Positions 8,900 through 18,750 of a stretch of DNA of 64,000 bases are shown piece by piece. The position numbers and the translations under genes are program-made. Numbering within the stretch: position 1 is the stretch's first letter; each line of letters starts with the position of its first letter. This DNA is from Alphaproteobacteria bacterium. GTDB taxonomy: Bacteria > Pseudomonadota > Alphaproteobacteria > RF32 > CAG-239. Location: NCBI GenBank assembly GCA_017467515.1, contig JAFUSU010000030.1, positions 215-64,214 on the forward strand. Direction: 5' to 3'. The notes beneath the pieces are model-generated. The model saw only the letters and a list, made by a program, of their open reading frames with translations, was not told the origin of the DNA and searched no databases.

Positions 8900-10249
8900 A
8901 TATTTTTGAAGTAAATAAATTAATCGTCCGCCATTGAGAAGAAATGATGCAATTCCACCGCACATCAGTCCGAAAATTAAACCAATAAGTCCTAAATCAA
9001 AAATAAAAGCCAAAACATAACAGCAGGAAATTCTGATAATCAGAAAAGAAATAATTTGAAAAATAGTCGGGATTTTAATATCTCCTTGCCCGTTCAGGGC
9101 GGCACTCAAATTCATAGGCAGGACATCAATAATCAATACCCAAAGGAGGTAGTTAATATAACCGATAACGGCACTTAAGATAATCTTATCTTGTGTAAAA
9201 AGTCCGCAAATCTGTTTGGGAAATAAATAAACGATACTGATTAATGAGCACATAATTAAAAGTTGAATAATATAACCGGCACATGTGGCTGTTAAAATAT
9301 TTTTATAGTTCTTTTTTCCAAAGATGCCGGCAACCACGATAGCTGTGGCTTGGCTGATAGCAAATCCAAGCATAACAATAAGAGAACTGATGTTAATCAT
9401 AATAACAAAGACAGCCATCGTTTGTTCGCCTAACCAAGCCGCAAAATTACTGACAGCAGAAAAAGAGCCGTTGGTTGCTATTGTCATAATGGCAACACCG
9501 TAACCGATTTGGCGTGTTGTCTTACTGTCCCCCCACCAAGTGTCATAACTACGATCAAGACCGAAACGTTTATTAAGTTTGGGATTTTTTTTCATATTAT
9601 GAATGTAATACAACATATAAAAAGCCAGTAAAATCCGAACAATTAAAGTAGTAGAGGCAGATCCGACAGCGCCCATTGCGGGGCAACCGAAAAATCCCCA
9701 AACAAGAATGGGATTAATAATGATATTGATAACATTAGCAGCCAATATGCCGTATGTCGCAATTTGTGGACGTCGAATGGATTGCAGAAAAAAATTGGCA
9801 TTGATATAAATCAAAATAAACGGAATTGAAAAAACAAAAATACGCAAGATTTCTCCGCCGTGTTTAACCATTTCGGGGTTTTGTCCGAGCAAGCGTAAAA
9901 TAGCTTCTCCGTTGATGCCAATTCCCAAAAAAATAGCACTGAGCAAAAAGGCGTATTTTTTCCCTTCATTATAAATTTTACCGCAAGATTGAAATTTTCT
10001 GGCGCCGAATTTTTGGGAAGATTTAATCATAACGCCGTTAAGCAATCCGATTGGAATTGTAAATAAGATAACAAAAATTGAATTGGCTAATCCGATGTAG
10101 GCCAGCTGAACGGTATCATAGTTGCCGACAATCATAGTATCGACCACACCCATAATACCCATAGCCAAAAAAGATGTTGCTATCGGTAATGATAATTTGG
10201 CAATTTCTTTAATATAGCTTTTCAATTGGATCCGGTTAAAATGAAACAT
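8885..10249 (-). CDS. MATE family efflux transporter
   Basis: About 12 TM segments; motifs LSLPI...VVDTMIVG and PAMGAVGSA. Confidence 0.9.
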   Translation of the reverse strand: MFHFNRIQLKSYIKEIAKLSLPIATSFLAMGIMGVVDTMIVGNYDTVQLAYIGLANSIFVILFTIPIGLLNGVMIKSSQKFGARKFQSCGKIYNEGKKYAFLLSAIFLGIGINGEAILRLLGQNPEMVKHGGEILRIFVFSIPFILIYINANFFLQSIRRPQIATYGILAANVINIIINPILVWGFFGCPAMGAVGSASTTLIVRILLAFYMLYYIHNMKKNPKLNKRFGLDRSYDTWWGDSKTTRQIGYGVAIMTIATNGSFSAVSNFAAWLGEQTMAVFVIMINISSLIVMLGFAISQATAIVVAGIFGKKNYKNILTATCAGYIIQLLIMCSLISIVYLFPKQICGLFTQDKIILSAVIGYINYLLWVLIIDVLPMNLSAALNGQGDIKIPTIFQIISFLIIRISCCYVLAFIFDLGLIGLIFGLMCGGIASFLLNGGRLIYLLQKYKKAG

Positions 10250-10398
10250 AACTTACACCTCTGCATCATATCTAAAGCTAATAACTGAAATAATCAAGAA
10301 AAACAATAGTCTTTTTTTGGGGATAATCTCTTGACTGTAAATAAAAAAGTTGTACATCTATTCGCCGACTGAATTTTAAGGATAATAAAGGAAAAGAA

Positions 10399-12150
10399 AT
10401 GAAAGAGTATATAAAACGATTCGCAGAATTTTATACGGCAAATTTTACACCTAAATTGGCAGAATGCTTATATAAAGGATATAATCTGTCAAAATTTAAA
10501 AGAGACTGTTTAGCAGGGCTGACGGTGGCGGTTATTTCTATTCCGCTGGCTATGGCTTTGGCAATAGCTTCCGGTGTCGGACCTGATCAAGGATTATATA
10601 CAGCAATTATTGCCGGCTTTTTTATTGCTCTCTTAGGCGGAAGTCGCTATCAAATCGGTGGACCGACAGGTGCCTTTGTCATCGTTATCTTTAATGTTAT
10701 GCAACACTATGGGTATCAGGGCTTGGCTATGTGTATGCTGGTGGCCGGAATCGTTTTAATCTTAGCGGGTTATATGAAACTGGGAACCTATATTAAATAT
10801 ATTCCGTATCCGGTTATTACCGGTTTTACGGCAGGAATTGGTTTATTGCTTATTTCAACGCAAATCAAGGATTTATTCGGCTTGAAAATAGAAAATGTTC
10901 CGGCTGATTTTCTTCCGAAATGGGGAGCTTATTTGACACATTTGGATACTTTTTCTGTATCCTCGGTAAGTATTGCTGTTCTTTCATTTGTTATTATTTT
11001 TTACATTCAGCTGCGTCGGCCTAAATTACCGGCTTATCTTCTGGCTGTTGCGGTGGCAACGGTGATGGTTGCTGTTTTGGGGCTAAATATAGATACAATC
11101 GGTAATAAGTTTGGCGGAATACCGCATTTCCTGCCGATGCCGAAAATTCCGGAAATTGATTTTAATATTCTATTCAAGGTGCTTCCGAGCGGATTAACAA
11201 TTGCTTTTTTGGCCGGTGTTGAATCATTATTAAGTGCAACGGTTGTAGACGGTATGAGTGGTGATAATCATAATTCAAATGCGGAGTTAATCGGAGAGGG
11301 GGTTGCTAATATTATGAGCGTGTTGTTTATGGGGGTTCCGGCAACCGGTGCCATCGCCCGCACTGCGGCTAATTACAAGGCTAATGCTTCTTCTCCGATG
11401 TCAGGTATTATGCAGTCGGTGTTCTTATTACTGTTTATGCTATTGTTGGCCCCTGTTGCAACGTATATTCCGCTGTCTTGCTTGTCTGCGGTGCTGATTA
11501 TTATCGGCTATAATATGCTCGGACTTGAAAAAATGTATAAATTAATTCAAGGACCTAAAGGTGACAGATATACACTGATTGTTACGCTGTTGCTGACTGT
11601 GCTGGTCGATTTAAATACGGCCATATCCGTAGGCTTTATTATGGCAAGCATCATCTTTATGCATAGAATGAGCCGAGAAATGGAGATAGAAACAGACGAT
11701 CCGGCTTTGGTAGAAAAGAAATACGGAGGACGTGATTTCAGTGAAATTTTACATAATCGAGGTGTCGTTTCTATGCGTATTTCAGGCCCTTTGTTCTTTG
11801 GGGGTGTTTCAAATATATCTAAGTTTTTCAAAAATATGAGAGAAATGCCGAAAGTTTTGATTTTAAGAATGGGATATGTTCCGATGGTTGATGCCAGCGG
11901 TGCAAACATTATTGTAGAATTTGTAAAAAAACAAAGAAAAAACGGTATTAAAATTATTTTTTCAAATGTTAAAAAACAGCCAAGACGTGTCTTGCATCAG
12001 GCATTTGAAGAAGAAGGAATAGATTATCATACCATTTCAACATCTTCCACATTTGATAATGCCTTAAAAATGGCACGCCGTTATCTTAAGAATATGGATG
12101 ATGAAGAAAAGAATAACCAAAAGAAAAAGCTTGCAAATGCGGAACAATAA
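10399..12150 (+). CDS. SulP/SLC26 anion permease with STAS domain
   Basis: Motifs AGLTVAV..IPLAMALA, GPTGAF, ESLLSA and GPLFFG; STAS domain with DASG. Confidence 0.92.
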   Translation: MKEYIKRFAEFYTANFTPKLAECLYKGYNLSKFKRDCLAGLTVAVISIPLAMALAIASGVGPDQGLYTAIIAGFFIALLGGSRYQIGGPTGAFVIVIFNVMQHYGYQGLAMCMLVAGIVLILAGYMKLGTYIKYIPYPVITGFTAGIGLLLISTQIKDLFGLKIENVPADFLPKWGAYLTHLDTFSVSSVSIAVLSFVIIFYIQLRRPKLPAYLLAVAVATVMVAVLGLNIDTIGNKFGGIPHFLPMPKIPEIDFNILFKVLPSGLTIAFLAGVESLLSATVVDGMSGDNHNSNAELIGEGVANIMSVLFMGVPATGAIARTAANYKANASSPMSGIMQSVFLLLFMLLLAPVATYIPLSCLSAVLIIIGYNMLGLEKMYKLIQGPKGDRYTLIVTLLLTVLVDLNTAISVGFIMASIIFMHRMSREMEIETDDPALVEKKYGGRDFSEILHNRGVVSMRISGPLFFGGVSNISKFFKNMREMPKVLILRMGYVPMVDASGANIIVEFVKKQRKNGIKIIFSNVKKQPRRVLHQAFEEEGIDYHTISTSSTFDNALKMARRYLKNMDDEEKNNQKKKLANAEQ

Positions 12151-12190
12151 GAAATAATAGAAGAAATTTTACTAAAAGAAAGGGATAAAA

Positions 12191-12766
12191 ATGCTCATTT
12201 GGTTAACGATTCTTTTTATTGCTTCTTCAGCACCTGCTTGGGCTAATCCGGCTTGCGCCGTTTGTACTGTTGCTGTCGGCGCCTCTTTGGAACTGGCACG
12301 CAGTTATGGCGTTGATGATGCCATTGTCGGTGTTTGGGCAGGGGCAATGCTGGTCATTTTAGGATATTGGATGTTGAGCTGGATGGATAAGAAAAAATGC
12401 TTTTTCAGTGGTCGTGATTTCATCATAATTGTATCCAGTGTAGCAATGATTGGCTTTATGTATATCAAAGAGTTGGTCTATACACCGCAGATCATCGGTA
12501 TTTTCTATTTGGATGGTTTTCTTTTCAGCGTCTTGGTCGGAGCCTTTGTTATGCACTATTCGTCAGAATTTTATCAATGGATGAAAGCGCATAACGGTGG
12601 TCACGCTCATTTTCCTTTTGAGAAAGTTGTTGTTCCGGTTGTTGCATTATGCTTGGCCAGTGCCTATTTTTATTATTTTCCGTTAGAAAATGTTGCGGCA
12701 GAACAATCTGCTGAAAGTTTGTATGATTTTCATACCGACACCGATTCGGGTGATGGTGCCGAATAA
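12191..12766 (+). CDS. Hypothetical membrane protein with N-terminal CxxC
   Basis: Signal-like N-terminus, CAVCTVAVG, about 4 TM segments, HAHFPFEKVV. Confidence 0.75.
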   Translation: MLIWLTILFIASSAPAWANPACAVCTVAVGASLELARSYGVDDAIVGVWAGAMLVILGYWMLSWMDKKKCFFSGRDFIIIVSSVAMIGFMYIKELVYTPQIIGIFYLDGFLFSVLVGAFVMHYSSEFYQWMKAHNGGHAHFPFEKVVVPVVALCLASAYFYYFPLENVAAEQSAESLYDFHTDTDSGDGAE

Positions 12767-12881
12767 TAAAAGATACAGAAGATATAAGCTTTTAATGTAT
12801 TGATAATATTGTTAATATTAACGAATTTTTATTGTCTTTTTGTTAAAAAAATTGTTAAGAATCCTAGTAAGGGGTTTATTT

Positions 12882-15800
12882 ATGGAATTAAAACAAGCAT
12901 TAAGTACACTGGGTTTTAAGCCAAAAGATGGTGCTATTGATATATATTCTAAAAAATATCAACAGCATAACTATTCTATTGAAATTGATTTTTCAAAAGA
13001 ACGAATTTGTTATGGGGATTTAATCGGTGCTGACTGTAAAACTACTCAAAACTTTTCACAAGCTGAAAACTGGGTTGTTTTAGAATGCGTAAACAGACTT
13101 TTAGAAAAAGGCTATAAACCACAGAATATAATATTAGAAAAAACTTGGGCAGCAGGTCATGGTACGTCAGGCAGACTTGATATTTGTGTTACTCGTGATG
13201 ACGGTTCTGAATATCTGCTTATTGAATGTAAAACATTTGGAAAAGAATTTGATAAAGCAGTTGCAAAATTAAATAAAGACGGTGGACAATTATTTACCTA
13301 TTTCAAATTCAGTAATAAAGCTGACGTTATAATGCTTTATGCTTCTGAATTACAGGACGAAGAATTTGTTTATAAGAACGAAATTATTAAAATTGAAGAT
13401 GATTACAGAAGCGGTGATGTAAGAGATTTTTACGAAAAATGGAATAAGTTAACCAAAGACAATGGTATTTTTGAAAGTTGGGTAAAGCCGTATTGTTTTG
13501 AAAGTAAATCGTTAACTATTGATGATTTAAAACCCATAAACCAAGATGATTCAAGTTTTATTTTTAATCGTTTTCTTGAAATTTTAAGACATAATGTTGT
13601 TTCTGATAAAGGAAATGCTTTCAACAAAATCTTTACTTTGTTTTTGTGTAAAGTATATGATGAAACCACTAAAATAGAAGGAGATGGTAAAGAACTTGAT
13701 TTTCAATGGAAAGAAGGTATAGATAATCATATTTCTTTTCAATTACGTCTGACGGATTTATATAAAAGTGGTATGGAAAAATTTTTATCAAGAACTGTCA
13801 GCGATTTTAATGAAGATGATTTTAAAATAAGATGTAGTGATTTGAATGAAGAAACAAAGAAGTATTTGTTAGATGAGGTAAACAAATTAAGACTTCAAAA
13901 AAATAATGAATTTGCGATAAAAGAGGTTTATGATGCCGTTTCTTTTGAAGAAAATGCAAAGGTTGTAAAAGAAGTTGTAGAACTACTGCAAGGTTACCGT
14001 ATAAGATATAATAAAAGGCAGCAATATTTATCTGATTTTTTTGAATTGTTACTAACGACGGGCTTAAAACAAGAGGCAGGGCAGTTCTTTACACCGGTGC
14101 CTATTGCACAATTTATAATTAAAAGTTTGCCATTAGAAGAAATTGTCAATGAAAAATTAAAACAAAAAAATGGTGAAATATTGCCATTTATGATAGATTA
14201 TGCAGCAGGTTCGGGACATTTTGTAACTGAATATATGCATGAGGTTCAGAATATTATAAATAAAAAGGATCCTAATAAATATATACCTGATACTAAAAAA
14301 GATTTATTATTTTGGCAAAATGCCAAATATGAATGGGCTACGGACTATGTATATGGGATAGAAAAAGATTACCGACTTGTAAAAGTTGGAAAAGTCGGTT
14401 GTTATTTGCACGGTGATGGTTTAGCAAATGTAATTTTGAGTGACGGACTTGGAAATTTTGTAAAAACAAAAGATTACAAAGGTAAGTTACACAAAGAAAA
14501 TGATGATAATTCAAAAGATAATCAGCAATTTGATATAATATTGAGTAATCCGCCTTATTCTGTATCAGCATTCAGACAAACAACAAGAGATTATTATACT
14601 GAAAATGACTTTGATTTATATGACAAATTAACTGATAACAGTTCAGAAATTGAGTGTTTATTTGTTGAACGTACAAAACAACTTTTAAAAGACGGTGGAG
14701 TAGCCGGTATAATTTTACCAAGCTCAATATTGACTAATACAGGTATATATACAAAAACGAGAGAATTGCTGTTAAAATACTTTGAAATTGTCGGTATAAC
14801 AGAACTTGGTTCTAATACATTTATGGCAACAGGAACAAATACCGTTGTACTGTTCTTGCGTAGAAGAAACAATTACGAATGTATAAATTTTGAAAAAGCT
14901 GTTGATAAATTTTTTATGAATCATACAGATGTTACAATTAACGGTATAGAAACACCTGTTGCAAAATATGTTAATTATGTTTGGGAGGACTTGTCTTTTG
15001 AGGATTATTTAATATTATTGGATCAAAACCCGAACGAAAATGTTAAAAATCACGCTTTATATAAAGAATACAAAAGCAAAATCAATGTGAAAACCGATAA
15101 GGAATTTTGGAATAAAGTCATAGTGCTTGAAAAAGAAAAGATTTATTTCTTTATACTTACTTATTTACAAAAACTTGTAATAGTAAAAACCGGAGAAAAA
15201 GACGCAGAAAAGCAATTTTTAGGCTATGAATTTTCAAATCGCAGAGGTGATGAGGGTATCCATCCAATACAAAGAAGTAAAACAATTGATGAATGTACAA
15301 AATTGTTTGATATTAACTCATTTGATAACCCGCAAAAAGCGAGCACATATATACTCAAAGCCTTTGAAAATGATTTTGACTTTAGCATTGATGAAACATT
15401 GAAAGATAATATTTCAAAAGCTAATTTGCTTGATTTGATGAACTTTGACAGAATTGATTTTGATAAAAATATCAATGTGAAAGTTAAAAAAAAAATAAAA
15501 ATTGAGAGTAAATATCCAGTAATTCCACTGAAAAATTTAGAAAATGATGGCTTTGTAACATTTTTGAGAGGACAAGGGTTAACTAAAGAAGATGTTGCTG
15601 ATGATGGAATTTATAAATGTATTTTGTACGGTGAACTATATACAAAATACAAAAAAGCAATTATAGATTGTGTTATAAGTCATACAAATATAAAAACAAA
15701 TATTTTATCTAAAAAAGGTGATGTTCTTGTTCCTGCAACAACAACCGCAGATGAGTACGGTATTGCAATTGGTCGCGCCATTTCAGAAGATAACATTCAA

Positions 15801-16685
15801 ATTGGTGGAGATATAAACATAATACGCACAGAAAATAAAATATTAAATGCGAAATATTTAGCAGAATTATTATGTAATACATTAAAAGAATCGCTTGCTC
15901 AATATGCAACAGGAACTAATATTTTACATCTATCTAATGAAAATATTAGAAATTTAAAAATTCCATTTCCACCACTTGATATACAGCAAAAAATTGTTGA
16001 TGAAATTGAAAAAATTGAAAAATTGTCTAATGAATACGATAAAACTTTAAAAGTTTTACAAAATCGTAAAATGACAATAATTGAAAATTGTTTTAAGAAT
16101 AATCAAAAAAATATTTTTATAAAAAATATCGCAGAAGTAAAAGGAGGAAAAAGGGTACCTAAGGGAGAAAATACAATAAAAACTAAAACAAAGCATCCAT
16201 ACATAAAGGTTTTAACTTTTACTGAAAATGGCTCTATTGATACTGATAAATTAGAATATATTACAGAAGATACATATAAGAAAATATCAAATTATACTAT
16301 TTCTTGTGATGATATTTTTATATCAATAGCAGGGACAATTGGTTTATGTGGAATAATACCAAAAGAATTAAATGGAGCGAATTTAACAGAAAATGCTGCT
16401 AAAATTATAATAACGGATAAAAACGTTGAAAAAAGATGGTTGTTAAATATTCTTCAAAGTCAAACCATCAAAAAAACTTACCAAAATTTGACTCACGGTT
16501 TAGGAACTCCAAAATTATCATTAGATAGAATACGGAATATAGAAATACCGGCAATATCTTTAACAGAACAACAAAACATCGTTTCTCAAATAGAAGAATT
16601 TGAAAAACAAATTGCAGAAGCTCAAAGTATAATTGATAATTCAAAACAGGCAAAAAAAGCCATTTTAGATAAATATTTAAAATAA
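12882..16685 (+). CDS. Single-chain restriction-modification enzyme: PD-(D/E)xK nuclease + N6-adenine MTase + two-TRD specificity domain (Type IIG/IIB-like)
   Basis: GRLDI...IECKT nuclease; GQFFTP, DYAAGSGHF (motif I) and NPPY (motif IV); two HsdS-like IP.PPL..QQ.IV coiled-coil junctions. ATG 12882 follows AAGGGG. The gene is visibly AT-richer than its flanks. Confidence 0.9.
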   Translation: MELKQALSTLGFKPKDGAIDIYSKKYQQHNYSIEIDFSKERICYGDLIGADCKTTQNFSQAENWVVLECVNRLLEKGYKPQNIILEKTWAAGHGTSGRLDICVTRDDGSEYLLIECKTFGKEFDKAVAKLNKDGGQLFTYFKFSNKADVIMLYASELQDEEFVYKNEIIKIEDDYRSGDVRDFYEKWNKLTKDNGIFESWVKPYCFESKSLTIDDLKPINQDDSSFIFNRFLEILRHNVVSDKGNAFNKIFTLFLCKVYDETTKIEGDGKELDFQWKEGIDNHISFQLRLTDLYKSGMEKFLSRTVSDFNEDDFKIRCSDLNEETKKYLLDEVNKLRLQKNNEFAIKEVYDAVSFEENAKVVKEVVELLQGYRIRYNKRQQYLSDFFELLLTTGLKQEAGQFFTPVPIAQFIIKSLPLEEIVNEKLKQKNGEILPFMIDYAAGSGHFVTEYMHEVQNIINKKDPNKYIPDTKKDLLFWQNAKYEWATDYVYGIEKDYRLVKVGKVGCYLHGDGLANVILSDGLGNFVKTKDYKGKLHKENDDNSKDNQQFDIILSNPPYSVSAFRQTTRDYYTENDFDLYDKLTDNSSEIECLFVERTKQLLKDGGVAGIILPSSILTNTGIYTKTRELLLKYFEIVGITELGSNTFMATGTNTVVLFLRRRNNYECINFEKAVDKFFMNHTDVTINGIETPVAKYVNYVWEDLSFEDYLILLDQNPNENVKNHALYKEYKSKINVKTDKEFWNKVIVLEKEKIYFFILTYLQKLVIVKTGEKDAEKQFLGYEFSNRRGDEGIHPIQRSKTIDECTKLFDINSFDNPQKASTYILKAFENDFDFSIDETLKDNISKANLLDLMNFDRIDFDKNINVKVKKKIKIESKYPVIPLKNLENDGFVTFLRGQGLTKEDVADDGIYKCILYGELYTKYKKAIIDCVISHTNIKTNILSKKGDVLVPATTTADEYGIAIGRAISEDNIQIGGDINIIRTENKILNAKYLAELLCNTLKESLAQYATGTNILHLSNENIRNLKIPFPPLDIQQKIVDEIEKIEKLSNEYDKTLKVLQNRKMTIIENCFKNNQKNIFIKNIAEVKGGKRVPKGENTIKTKTKHPYIKVLTFTENGSIDTDKLEYITEDTYKKISNYTISCDDIFISIAGTIGLCGIIPKELNGANLTENAAKIIITDKNVEKRWLLNILQSQTIKKTYQNLTHGLGTPKLSLDRIRNIEIPAISLTEQQNIVSQIEEFEKQIAEAQSIIDNSKQAKKAILDKYLK

Positions 16686-16697
16686 ATTTTTGTCGCC

Positions 16698-16738
16698 AGA
16701 TTAAAGAAAGCCTCCTTTATCGGAGGCTTTTTTAATCT
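16698..16738. terminator. Bidirectional terminator
   Basis: AAAGCCTCC / GGAGGCTTTTTT with extended arms. Confidence 0.8.
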
Positions 16739-17196
16739 TCTCTCGGTAATGTAATATATTCGACACCGGCTTCTTTGAACATTTGTTCGGAATAAATAAG
16801 TTTATCGCGCCATGTGTTTTGCGGTGTATTGGCGTCTATTTTAACTTCGTGTGTGACCACAACTTTAATACCGGCTTGAATAATTGCTCTGGCACAATCG
16901 GTACAAGGAGCGTGTGTGGCATACAAAATACACCCCTTCAGAGAAGTTCCCGTTAGACAAGCGTTATAAATGGCATTTCTTTCAGCGTGTTCAAAAAAAT
17001 CATATTTTGTAGGGCGTTCCAGACGCTCAGGAATATCATCGTCAACACCTCTAACCAAACCATTGTAGCCTGTTGCACGGATTTCTCTGTCCGGTCCGAC
17101 AACAACCGCACCGGTTTTGGTGGAGGTATCTTTTGACCAGGTAGCAATTAATTCAGCGACTTCCATAAATCTTTTATGCCATTTCATTGAAAACAT
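16732..17196 (-). CDS. dCMP deaminase (ComEB-like)
   Basis: Motifs SKD, TGYNG, HAERNA and PCTDC. Confidence 0.9.
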   Translation of the reverse strand: MFSMKWHKRFMEVAELIATWSKDTSTKTGAVVVGPDREIRATGYNGLVRGVDDDIPERLERPTKYDFFEHAERNAIYNACLTGTSLKGCILYATHAPCTDCARAIIQAGIKVVVTHEVKIDANTPQNTWRDKLIYSEQMFKEAGVEYITLPRED

Positions 17197-17343
17197 ATCG
17201 CTTCTCCTTTTGTTATTTTATATCAATTATATAGAGATTTTTAATAAAGTAAAGGGCGTTATAACTGTCTGAATCTGTAAAATAAATCTTGCATCTCAAA
17301 ATGTCTCGGGTATAACTTGAAGAAGATAAAAGGGAGAAAGAGT

Positions 17344-18258
17344 ATGAAAGTTGTTTTTATGGGAACGCCGGAATTTGCTCTGTCGGCATTAAAAAAAATT
17401 GCAAAAAAGCACGATGTTATTTGTGTTTACACGCGTGAACCGCAGATAGCCGGTCGAGGCAATAAACTAACAAAATCTCCCGTTCACCAATGGTCTGAAG
17501 AAAATGGTATTTTGGTGCGTACCCCGAAAACATTGCGCTCCCCAGAAGCTCAAAAAGAGTATGCCGATCTTCGGGCCGATATTGCTGTGGTCGCGGCATA
17601 CGGCTTGATTTTACCGCAGCCGATTATTGAAGCTTTCCCCAAAGGATGTATTAATATTCACGGATCTTTATTACCTCGTTGGCGAGGTGCCGCCCCAATT
17701 CAACGGGCAATCGAAGCCGGTGATGATAAAAGCGGTATTACAATTATGAATATTGTTCAAGCTCTTGATGCCGGAGATATGCTTCTGAAAGGAGAGGTTA
17801 AAATCACCAAAGAAACGACGGGTGAAATATTGCACGATCAGCTGGCCGAATTAGGTGCGGAACTGATTGTGCAAGCTTTGAATCAAATAGATGAGTTGCA
17901 AAGTAAAGCAGAGAAGCAGAATGAATCATTAGTGACGTATGCGGCTAAAATTGATAAGAAAGAAAGTTTGATAGATTTTAATCTGTCAGCTGAAGAACTG
18001 GAGCGTAAAATCAGAGCATTTAATCCGTATCCGGCAATGTATTTTGAATATAAGGGCGAACGAATTAAGATTTTAAAAGCCGAAATTTGTCACCAAAACG
18101 GCAAAGCAGGAATGATTTTAGAGGGAGAACAAGCTTTGATAATTGCCTGTGGTAAAGAGGCTCTGTCTGTTCAAGAATTGCAACGTGCCGGAAAGAAAAA
18201 AATGACAATTAAAGAAGTTTTGAACGGCTTCAAATTTGAAAACATTGTCTTGTCATAA
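17344..18258 (+). CDS. fmt: Methionyl-tRNA formyltransferase
   Basis: Motifs FMGTPEFA, VVAAYGLILP and INIHGSLLPRWRGAAPIQRAI; ATG 17344 after GGGAG. Confidence 0.97.
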   Translation: MKVVFMGTPEFALSALKKIAKKHDVICVYTREPQIAGRGNKLTKSPVHQWSEENGILVRTPKTLRSPEAQKEYADLRADIAVVAAYGLILPQPIIEAFPKGCINIHGSLLPRWRGAAPIQRAIEAGDDKSGITIMNIVQALDAGDMLLKGEVKITKETTGEILHDQLAELGAELIVQALNQIDELQSKAEKQNESLVTYAAKIDKKESLIDFNLSAEELERKIRAFNPYPAMYFEYKGERIKILKAEICHQNGKAGMILEGEQALIIACGKEALSVQELQRAGKKKMTIKEVLNGFKFENIVLS

Positions 18259-18283
18259 AAAAAAGGGAAGTAACTACTTCCCT
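18257..18283 (-). terminator. Rho-independent terminator (minus strand)
   Basis: AGGGAAGTA/TACTTCCCT hairpin followed by T8 on the minus strand. Confidence 0.7.
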
Positions 18284-18750
18284 GTAACTTCTGGTCCCCA
18301 AATTTCTTTAAGTTTTTCAACACGGGCATCAATACTGGCAATGTGTCGCTGATTCGTTGCCCGAGAAATATAGACAAACAACAAAGGTATTTCATAATAC
18401 ACTAACAGTCCGATTGCGGCAGAACCGAGCATTAAAATAATATTGAAAATATCACTGAAAATAAACAAGGCATTATCGACCGAATAATTGCGCATAACAT
18501 TAAAAACATAGACAAACACACCGGCTAAATTAAAACAACCCACAATAATCAGCTTGTTAATGTTTTTAGAGTCCACAATCATCAAAGTAATAGTAGGAAG
18601 TAAACCTATAAATAAGACAACGACAATCGGTAAAACACGCATTAACGCAATAACAATTAACAGCAACAATAAAAATTTTTGAGCTGCGCCCAGATGCGAA
18701 GATTTCTTTTTATTACGCGTTAACGGAGGAAGATTTCCATTATTACTCAT
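18274..18750 (-). CDS. Hypothetical membrane protein coupled to the kinase-like gene
   Basis: ATG 18750 overlaps the upstream TGA (ATGA); 3-4 TM segments; C-terminal L...WG. Confidence 0.8.
   Translation of the reverse strand: MSNNGNLPPLTRNKKKSSHLGAAQKFLLLLLIVIALMRVLPIVVVLFIGLLPTITLMIVDSKNINKLIIVGCFNLAGVFVYVFNVMRNYSVDNALFIFSDIFNIILMLGSAAIGLLVYYEIPLLFVYISRATNQRHIASIDARVEKLKEIWGPEVTGK

Noticed and set aside
16732-17196. Anti-phage dCTP deaminase partnered with the RM gene
   Set aside because: It is a short, ordinary ComEB-like dCMP deaminase with no kinase domain, host-like composition and convergent orientation.
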